DNA of 15,627 bases, from NCBI GenBank assembly GCA_038208905.1, contig JBBQYG010000090.1, positions 1-15,627 on the forward strand. The letters are read 5' to 3'. The notes beneath the pieces were generated by a model. The model was not told where the DNA came from and searched no databases. It was given only the letters and a program-made list of their open reading frames with translations. Positions 1 to 7,101 of the stretch are shown piece by piece; the stretch's first letter is position 1; each line of letters starts with the position of its first letter. The position numbers were made by a program, and so were the translations under genes. Source of the DNA: Candidatus Sumerlaeia bacterium. Lineage in GTDB: Bacteria > Sumerlaeota > Sumerlaeia > SLMS01.

Positions 1-1
1 C

Positions 2-70
2 TCGGAGGCCACGGCCCTGCTCCGGCGCCGGTTGCGCCAAGGGAGAGTGGACGGCTTGGGGCTGGATTGA
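2..70 (+). CDS. Possible 3' end of an upstream gene (partial, runs off the window)
   Basis: Frame 2 is open from the window edge (SEATALLRRRLRQGRVDGLGLD) to TGA at 68-70, with mostly G/C third positions. It is too short to confirm. Confidence 0.3.
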   Translation, partial: SEATALLRRRLRQGRVDGLGLD

Positions 71-343
71 GGCAAGGGGAAGGATTTTTGGAGCGTGGGG
101 GGGGGTCCCGCCTCTGGGTCGCGCCGCGATCAGCATCCCGCCCCGAACTTTTCGCCGCCCGGTGACTGAGAAGCACCGCCGCAGGTGATCAAGGTTGGTG
201 ATGGGGAGCCAGTGGTTACGACGGAGGCCTAGTCCCCCGCGAAGACCTAACGCAAGTAACGCAGACTTCTGTTGAGATCGTACTGTATCTTGTAGTTTCC
301 TCTTTCGGCAGACGAGATAGGGACGGAAACTGGGACGCGCTAC

Positions 344-1315
344 GTGGCTACTTCAGAACAAGTCAAAGCCTTGATTTCAGCCCACTTTGATCAGAATCCC
401 GAGCGTTTCACGACGCTTGCCCTGCAGGTCGCCGCCCATGAGGCGCGACAAGGCCATGCATCCGTAGCCACCGAAATTCGCGGTCTGATCGACAGGTCGC
501 AAACTGACCGGGGCGGCGTCATCCCGTTCCGCCCCGATCTGGGCGAGTTGATCCTCCACGAAGAACCTCCCACCAGACTCAACGATCTCGTCGTAGATGT
601 GAAGATCAAGCGGCGGCTGGAGCGCGTCGTGCGCGAATTCCGTGAGCAGAGTAAACTGCGTGAGCACGGCCTTTGGAACAGGAGGAAGCTCCTCCTCGCC
701 GGTCCACCGGGTACGGGCAAGACGATGACGGCCAAGGTGCTCGCCGGACAATTGTCGCTGCCTCTCTGCACGATCCTCATGGACAAGCTCGTCACCAAGT
801 TCATGGGCGAGACGAGCGCGAAGCTTCGGCAGGTGTTCGACGTCATCGAGGAGCATCGTGCGGTTTTTCTGTTCGACGAGTTTGACGCTATCGGCGGGGA
901 ACGAGGACTGGCCAATGATGTGGGAGAGATGCGCCGCGTCTTGAACGCGTTTCTCCAGTTCATAGAGCGCGACCAGTCGGGCGGTCTGATTGTCGCCGCG
1001 ACGAACAACCTCCGGCTCCTCGACCAGGCGCTCTTCCGCAGATTCGACGACGTCCTCCACTTCGAATTGCCGGACTTGGATCAACGCAAGCGTCTGATCG
1101 CGAACAGGCTGGGAGTGTTCAAGGGCCGGTCGCTAAAGATCGGGCCTCTTGCTGCTGCGGCAGAACGCCTGAGCCACGCCGAGATCACACAGGCTTGCGA
1201 CGACGCGATCAAGGAGACGATCATGTCGAACCAGAAGACGGTTTCGACTTCATTGCTCTCCACGATGCTGGAGGAGCGCTTGGGTGCTTACGGCAGACCG
1301 CGCCAGGGGGCGTAA
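344..1315 (+). CDS. ietA: AAA+ family ATPase, IetA-like partner of the S8 protease (323 aa)
   Basis: GTG start. Walker A GPPGTGKT (701-724), pore loop TKFMGET, Walker B FLFDEFD, sensor-1 AATN and arginine finger ALFRRFD are present. The N-terminus (ATSEQVKALISAH...ALQVAAHEARQGH) looks like that of protease-associated AAA ATPases. The stop lies 3 nt before the S8 gene. Confidence 0.88.
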   Translation: MATSEQVKALISAHFDQNPERFTTLALQVAAHEARQGHASVATEIRGLIDRSQTDRGGVIPFRPDLGELILHEEPPTRLNDLVVDVKIKRRLERVVREFREQSKLREHGLWNRRKLLLAGPPGTGKTMTAKVLAGQLSLPLCTILMDKLVTKFMGETSAKLRQVFDVIEEHRAVFLFDEFDAIGGERGLANDVGEMRRVLNAFLQFIERDQSGGLIVAATNNLRLLDQALFRRFDDVLHFELPDLDQRKRLIANRLGVFKGRSLKIGPLAAAAERLSHAEITQACDDAIKETIMSNQKTVSTSLLSTMLEERLGAYGRPRQGA

Positions 1316-1318
1316 GGA

Positions 1319-3781
1319 ATGCCGAAGCACATTTTCCTTGAGGGGCCCCCGGAGTCACGCAGCTATACCAGCATCGGGCAACGAGGCCCCAAACCTAACC
1401 TTCCGAGCCGATCCAGAGTCCCGCACGCCCAGACTCTGAGGAACCAGTTCGAAGCGATTCGTACTGCATGGGAACTGCGCCAGCGGGAACGCCAGGCGCT
1501 CTCCTTGCCAGCCAGGCAGGGCTGCTACATTGAGGTACGAGGGCGAGCGGGATTCGACCTCGTCCACAAGTCGCTCGAAGATATCGGCCAAGGCATCCGG
1601 CTGCTACAGGCGCACCCCGACGGAGACCCGCCGCGCGCGGTCATCTATGTACCCGACGGCAAGCAGGGGGTGTTTCTCGAAAAGCTGCGCCAGTACGAAG
1701 AAGAGGAGACCGCCAAGAAGGGCGAACCGAAAAACAAGAACCTGATCGAGGGAATCGAAGATATCCGCCTCGCTGTGTTGGAGTCCCTTTGGAACGACCC
1801 ACGCGACCTCCTTCCGGGCGCGGAGCCAAAGTGGGTGGAAGTCTGGCTGAACGTGGATCGCGAGGAGGCGAGTCGCGACCAGCAGATTGAAGAGTTCCGA
1901 GCACTGCTTGACAGGCTGGGCCTGCCCGCACCGGCAGATGAGGCACTCCACTTTCCCGAGAGGTCGATTCTACTAGTCCTCGGCAACGAGGGCGTGCTCA
2001 CCAGCTTGATCGAGTCCAGCGATCTTGTTGCGGAGTTTCGGCTGGCAAAGGAAACAGCCCGGTTCTTTCTCGAACTCCCGCCCGCGGATCAGGCGGAATG
2101 GGTGAGTGAGTTGTTGATTCGCGTCCGGGTCACCGCAAACGGATCGGTGGGAGTGTGCGTCCTCGATACGGGGACGAACCACGGGCATGCCCTGCTCGCC
2201 CCCGTCATTTCAGGAGCCGAAGTTCATACGGTGGATGTGCGATGGGGCACCGACGACGGGGACGGGCATGGGACCTTGATGAGCGGTCTCGCCGCCTACG
2301 GTGACCTGCGTGACGCGCTCGAAGCCAGGGGACCCGTCATTCTTGCCCATCGCGTCGAATCCGTGAAGATATTGCCTCCCCACGGTTTCGATCCGAACCC
2401 AAAGCATCTATGGGGCGACATGACGAAGCGCGGAGCCGCACACGCAGAGATCGCATCCCCTGACAGAAAGCGCGTCTTCTCCCTCGCCGTCACTGCGACT
2501 GATGACAGGGATCGAGGAAAACCCTCATCTTGGTCTGGAGCGGTCGATCAGATAGCGTCTGATCCGGAACGACGGCGGCTTGTCATCGTCGCCTCGGGAA
2601 ATGCAGATATCACACACTGGGGCAGCTATCCCGATTCAAATTTGACCGACCAAGTTCATGATCCTGGACAGGCGTGGAACGCCCTCACAGTTGGCGCCTA
2701 TACGGCGAAGTCCGAACTCACCGACCCTGCCCTGCGGGCATACCGCCCACTTGCCCCAAGTGATGGGCTGTCTCCTTTCAGTACCACTTCAGCGACATGG
2801 GATCAGAAGAAGTGGCCAATCAAGCCTGAGATCGTTATGGAAGGGGGAAATCTGGTCAAAGACTCCGATGGATTGGTGAGCCAGTGCGACGATCTGAGTT
2901 TGATCTCGACCCATTTCAAACCGACCGAGCGTCAGTTTACCTCTGCGAATATGACAAGCGCCGCGACGGCGCTCGCTGCCCGCATGGCTGCGCAGATTCA
3001 GGCGGCTTACCCAGACGCTTGGCCGGAGACCATCCGGGCTCTGATGGTCCATTCTGCCGAGTGGACCGATACGATGCGCAGCCAGTTCGCGCCCGGTGGT
3101 TCGAAACAGGAACTCCGAAGGCTGCTCCGCATTTGCGGCTATGGAGTGCCGAGAACCGACCGCGCCATCGAGTACGCGCGAAACACCGTCAGCCTGGTTT
3201 CCCAGCAGTCGCTCCAGCCTTTCGACCGGAAGGAAGGCGGCGGGTACCGGAGCAAGGAGATGCACTTCTACGAGCTCCCGTGGCCGACGGCCGTCCTCCA
3301 GCAACTCCCCGCTGATTTGGACATTCAGATGCGGGTGACGCTCTCCTACTTCATCGAGCCGAGTCCTGGAGAGATCGGCTGGAAGGACCGGTATCGGTAT
3401 CAATCCCATGCACTCCGATTCGATATCAACTCTCCCACAGAGTCGCGCGACACATTCATCGCTCGTGTAAACGCGGAGGCCAGAGACGATGAGGAGGAAA
3501 CCTCATACGACTCCGGAAGCGACAGGTGGCGTTTTGGAAAGAAGACGCGGGATGTGGGTTCCGTACATAGTGATCTGTGGGAAGGTTCTGCGGCAGACAT
3601 CGCGGCCTGCAAGCTCGTGGCCGTATACCCTGTGATCGGCTGGTGGCGGGAGCGGCCCCAGCTTCAGCGATGGGACAGCAGCACCCGATATTCTCTCGTC
3701 GTCTCACTCCATTCTCCCGCCCAGAGTGTTGACCTCTACACACCCGTAGCCATTCAGCTCGGAATCCAGATCCCGACCTGA
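1319..3781 (+). CDS. ietS: S8 family subtilisin-like serine peptidase, IetS-like, cytoplasmic (820 aa)
   Basis: Catalytic Asp283 (VLDTG, 2165), His317 (DGHGTLMSG, 2267), oxyanion Asn428 (VASGN, 2600) and Ser547 (NMTSAATALAA, 2957) are present. Also seen: PGQAWNALTVGA, SPFS, IKPEIVMEGGN, WPETIRALMVHSA and CGYGVP motifs. There is no signal peptide, and the gene is joined to the ATPase as TAAggaATG. Confidence 0.9.
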   Translation: MPKHIFLEGPPESRSYTSIGQRGPKPNLPSRSRVPHAQTLRNQFEAIRTAWELRQRERQALSLPARQGCYIEVRGRAGFDLVHKSLEDIGQGIRLLQAHPDGDPPRAVIYVPDGKQGVFLEKLRQYEEEETAKKGEPKNKNLIEGIEDIRLAVLESLWNDPRDLLPGAEPKWVEVWLNVDREEASRDQQIEEFRALLDRLGLPAPADEALHFPERSILLVLGNEGVLTSLIESSDLVAEFRLAKETARFFLELPPADQAEWVSELLIRVRVTANGSVGVCVLDTGTNHGHALLAPVISGAEVHTVDVRWGTDDGDGHGTLMSGLAAYGDLRDALEARGPVILAHRVESVKILPPHGFDPNPKHLWGDMTKRGAAHAEIASPDRKRVFSLAVTATDDRDRGKPSSWSGAVDQIASDPERRRLVIVASGNADITHWGSYPDSNLTDQVHDPGQAWNALTVGAYTAKSELTDPALRAYRPLAPSDGLSPFSTTSATWDQKKWPIKPEIVMEGGNLVKDSDGLVSQCDDLSLISTHFKPTERQFTSANMTSAATALAARMAAQIQAAYPDAWPETIRALMVHSAEWTDTMRSQFAPGGSKQELRRLLRICGYGVPRTDRAIEYARNTVSLVSQQSLQPFDRKEGGGYRSKEMHFYELPWPTAVLQQLPADLDIQMRVTLSYFIEPSPGEIGWKDRYRYQSHALRFDINSPTESRDTFIARVNAEARDDEEETSYDSGSDRWRFGKKTRDVGSVHSDLWEGSAADIAACKLVAVYPVIGWWRERPQLQRWDSSTRYSLVVSLHSPAQSVDLYTPVAIQLGIQIPT

Positions 3782-3976
3782 TCCAAGCCAACACTTTTTC
3801 CCCTGCTTTTCAGTGCAGCGAAGCAAACTGCCGCTGCGGAGCATTCAGAGTAGGACACGCAGAGCTCTCCCCTCCAACCTCACTCCCGATTCATCCCAAA
3901 ATCAGACCCCGCCAAGATACGCCTCAACGCCCCGCGCCGCACATCTTGGGTATCTCAACCCGAGGGGGTTTTTGCC

Positions 3977-4432
3977 ATGTCCGATGTGTTGCTGTTGAAG
4001 CCCACTGTGCGCGCGCCGCGGGCGGTTGTGCGGGCGTTGAAGCCGTATCTGGAATCGGGGGAGCCGCCGCCGCATCTGGTGCTGTCGGCGGAGTGCCTGG
4101 GGTGTCTGTTCGATGGGGGGCTGCCGTTGTATGACCGGTTGGCGATGTTGCGGCCGGTGCTGACGACGTTGCGCCGGTGGATCGCGGCGGGGGGCGCGTT
4201 GACGATCGTGACGCCGACGGGGCGTCCGCTGGAGGATGCGTTGCGGGCGATCCTGCTGGAGGTGTTGCCGTCGGCGCGGTTGGTGGCGGGGTTGGTGCCG
4301 GTGGTGCTGGGCGGGATCGACCTGTTGCTGGACCTTGCCGACGCGGGGCTGACGCGGCTGGCGCACCGCCACGTCATTGAGGCGGGGGAGCATAGCGGCG
4401 CAGGTGCCGAAGCTCCGCCAGCGAGCGGTTGA
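3977..4432 (+). CDS. Hypothetical protein (151 aa), weak resemblance to a degenerate STAS-like domain
   Basis: ATG is preceded by a GAGGGGG RBS (3962-3968). Third positions are strongly G-biased (ctg/gtg/ccg/gcg) and the composition is alpha/beta-like. The 3' end overlaps the convergent TolC gene by 59 nt. Confidence 0.6.
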   Translation: MSDVLLLKPTVRAPRAVVRALKPYLESGEPPPHLVLSAECLGCLFDGGLPLYDRLAMLRPVLTTLRRWIAAGGALTIVTPTGRPLEDALRAILLEVLPSARLVAGLVPVVLGGIDLLLDLADAGLTRLAHRHVIEAGEHSGAGAEAPPASG

Positions 4433-5582
4433 GTTCGTAGCGATAGCGCAGCGCCTCGCTCCGCGCCTCGGAGCGGGTGCGCTGCGCGTCGAGCAGTTCC
4501 AGCGCCGTGCCGCCCCCCGCCGCCACCGCATCGCGCGCGGCGGTGTGGGCGTGCTCCGCCATCGGGACCAGCGTGGTGGCATAGTCCTGGGCCAGCGTGT
4601 CGAGTTCGTTGAGGAGTTGCAGGAGCGTGTCGATCCGCGCGGAGAGGTCCTGCTCCACGGTGTCGCGCTCGGCCTCGCGAATTGCCACGTTGGCGCGGGC
4701 CTCGCGGATGCGCCCCTGGTTGCGATTCCAGAGCGGGATCGGAATCGAGACGCCGACCATCGCCATCGTGTCGTCCTCGCGCTGGTCATAGGTGGCACCG
4801 GCGCGGATGGTGATGTCGGGGACGATTTCGGCACGGGCAAGGTCGATGCCGCGGCGATCCTGCTCGATGCGGCTCTGCGCGGCCATGGTGTCGGGGTGTT
4901 CCGCCACGGTGTCCTCCGTGCTGATCGCCAGCTCGCGCCCGTCCAGCTTCTCGATCAGCGCGCCGCGCAGGCGATTGCGGGGGACGACGATGCCGCCAAC
5001 AAGGCGGCGGATCTCAAGCTCCACAACCGACCGCCGCGTCACGGTGGTGAGCAGCCCCGTGCGCAGCCGCTGGACCTCGAACTCCATGCGCGGGCGATCC
5101 TGTTCGGGAACCGCCGCCGCGTCGGCCTCGGCGTCCTCCACGAGCGACCACTGGAGCTGGAACGCGCGCTCGAGGTAGAGCATCTCGACGAGGAACTGGT
5201 GAAGCTCTCCCCACACGGCGTGGCGCTCCGACTCCAGCGCCGCCTTCAGCGCGGCGATCTCCGCGCGGCCCGCGTTTGCCGCCGCGCGGCGCCGGTTTCC
5301 GATGACGATCGGCTGCTCAAGGGCCACCGAGGACTTCCCCTTGTCGGCCTGAATGCCGTCGATGGGCATGTCCTCCTGGGTAGCCGCGATGGCCGGATTC
5401 GGATAGAGCCGCGCCGTGACGAGGCGGCCCTCCGCCGCCTCCACTGCGCGCGCGGCCGCCACGATGCCGGGATTGTTCTCGTCGGCGAGGCGCAGCAGAT
5501 CGTCCAGCGTATAGACATCGGGCGGCGCGGCATGGGCCGCGCCAGTGAGAAGCAGGATTGCCAAGATCAGCCAGCGCGCCAT
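4374..5582 (-). CDS. TolC-family outer membrane efflux protein, CzcC-like (402 aa)
   Basis: Start re-called to ATG 5582, which has GGAGG just upstream. Sec signal MARWLILAILLLTGAAHA|A. OEP motifs NNPGIVAAA, LYPNPAI, VPDITIRAG, GVSIPIPLWNRNQGRIREA and LELLDAQR are present. Confidence 0.88.
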   Translation of the reverse strand: MARWLILAILLLTGAAHAAPPDVYTLDDLLRLADENNPGIVAAARAVEAAEGRLVTARLYPNPAIAATQEDMPIDGIQADKGKSSVALEQPIVIGNRRRAAANAGRAEIAALKAALESERHAVWGELHQFLVEMLYLERAFQLQWSLVEDAEADAAAVPEQDRPRMEFEVQRLRTGLLTTVTRRSVVELEIRRLVGGIVVPRNRLRGALIEKLDGRELAISTEDTVAEHPDTMAAQSRIEQDRRGIDLARAEIVPDITIRAGATYDQREDDTMAMVGVSIPIPLWNRNQGRIREARANVAIREAERDTVEQDLSARIDTLLQLLNELDTLAQDYATTLVPMAEHAHTAARDAVAAGGGTALELLDAQRTRSEARSEALRYRYELNRSLAELRHLRRYAPPPQ

Positions 5583-7093
5583 TTGGGGCCTCCACCCGGC
5601 AGCAGGCATGATCGGGGGGATGGGCGCAATGCCCATGGCGCTATCTCCAGCGCGCCGTCTGTCATCCGCGCCACCCGATTGATTCCGGCGATGCGTTCCT
5701 CCGGGTGGTGCGTCGCGTAGATCATATTCACGCCCGCGCGCAGTTCCTCCCCGAGCATCGCGATGACGCGGGCGCGGGCGTCGTGCTCGATCCCGTTGAA
5801 GGGCTCGTCCAGCAGCAGCACGCGCGGACGATGCACTAGGGCCCGCGCGATCAGCAGCAGGCGGAGCTCTCCATAGGACATCGCGTTGGCGCTCTTTGCC
5901 GCGAGGTGCCCGATCCCCATGCGCTCGATCATGGCATCGGCGGCGGCGCGCTGGGCGGCGGTGGGCTCGCCGCGGTGGCCGATACTCCCCTCAAAGGCGG
6001 AGAGCACGACGCTCCCACCCGAGATCGCGTCGCCGTGGGCCTCCTGCAGCGCGGCGGAGACGATGCCCATCTCTTGCCGAAGCTCCCACAGATTCGTCGC
6101 GCCCTCGCGCCCCAGTCGCCGGATCAGGCCCCCGTGGGCCGGGTACTCGTCGCCGGCGAGGAGGCGGAGGAAGGTGCTCTTTCCGCTGCCATTCGCCCCA
6201 AGCAGCAGCCAGTTCTCACCCGGGCGCATGGTGAAGTTTAGATCGCGAAGGACGGGGACGCGGTCGAGATAGACATCGCAATCGCGGACCTCGAAGAGAG
6301 GCGCCGCGTCGTCGGCAGGCGTTGGGCGATTGGGGCCGGTGGACGAAACGGACGCAATGGACAGCATGGACGGCACCGATTGCTCAAGCCGTCCGATCAC
6401 CCTGATGCGCCCGCCCTGCGCCACCATCGCGTGGGTCAGTCCCGGGACGATTTCCCCGGCGCGGTGTGTTGTATAGACAACATCCACGCCGCCGCGAATC
6501 GCCTCCGATACCGCGGCGATCACCTCGGCCCGGGATTCCATGTCGAGGCCATTGCAAACCTCGTCGAGTAGCAGGATCCGCGGCCCCGCAACCAGCGCCC
6601 GCGCGATCAGCACGCGCCGCGCCTCGCCGCTCGACATCGCCATCATGCTCTTTGCAAGCAGGTGCCCAATGCGCAGGCGCTCAACCACTGCATCGACAAC
6701 GACTCTTTGCTCCGGTGTCAGCGGCCACTGTGGATAGACGCTGTCGTCAAAGCCCGAGCGTATCGCGTCGATCCCGATGATCGGGCGCTCCTGGCGGCGA
6801 TAGGTTTCCTGCTGCTCCGCGCTCACGAGGCCGATGCGCGCTCGGGCGCCGATGGCCGATTCCACGGGCTCTCCGCCGAGCCAGTAGACACGCGCTCCCC
6901 GGCTCGTGTGATGCGGCCACAGATCGCCGCGCAGCAGTTTCAGCAGGCTCGACTTCCCCGCGCCGTTCCCGCCCCGCAGCAGCCAACTCTCCCCCGCGCG
7001 CCACTCCCACTCCACATCGCGCAGCAACCACCCGCCGTAGTAGAAGGCATCGACTCCGGAGAGCGTGACGAGGAGCGGCGGCGCGGAATCCAT
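5567..7093 (-). CDS. ABC ATP-binding protein with two fused ATPase domains, ModF-like (508 aa)
   Basis: Start re-called to ATG 7093 (MDSAPPLLV), 8 nt after the glnD stop; the longer ORF-track extension lies inside glnD. Domain 1: GGNGAGKSS, MSSGEARR, ILLLDE, TTH. Domain 2: GANGSGKST, MSYGELR, VLLLDEP, ATHH. No transmembrane segments. Confidence 0.85.
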   Translation of the reverse strand: MDSAPPLLVTLSGVDAFYYGGWLLRDVEWEWRAGESWLLRGGNGAGKSSLLKLLRGDLWPHHTSRGARVYWLGGEPVESAIGARARIGLVSAEQQETYRRQERPIIGIDAIRSGFDDSVYPQWPLTPEQRVVVDAVVERLRIGHLLAKSMMAMSSGEARRVLIARALVAGPRILLLDEVCNGLDMESRAEVIAAVSEAIRGGVDVVYTTHRAGEIVPGLTHAMVAQGGRIRVIGRLEQSVPSMLSIASVSSTGPNRPTPADDAAPLFEVRDCDVYLDRVPVLRDLNFTMRPGENWLLLGANGSGKSTFLRLLAGDEYPAHGGLIRRLGREGATNLWELRQEMGIVSAALQEAHGDAISGGSVVLSAFEGSIGHRGEPTAAQRAAADAMIERMGIGHLAAKSANAMSYGELRLLLIARALVHRPRVLLLDEPFNGIEHDARARVIAMLGEELRAGVNMIYATHHPEERIAGINRVARMTDGALEIAPWALRPSPRSCLLPGGGPKWRAG

Positions 7094-7101
7094 GGCGAGG
7101 A

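Noticed and set aside
97..105. G9 homopolymer as a phase-variation switch for ietAS
   Set aside because: It is about 240 nt upstream of the start and not within any promoter or ORF I can identify. Such runs are unremarkable in high-GC DNA.
272..298. TTGAGA...TAGTTT promoter or LexA box upstream of the ATPase
   Set aside because: The spacer is only 15 nt and the CTGT half-site lacks a matching ACAG. The AT-rich patch probably holds the promoter, but I cannot place it.
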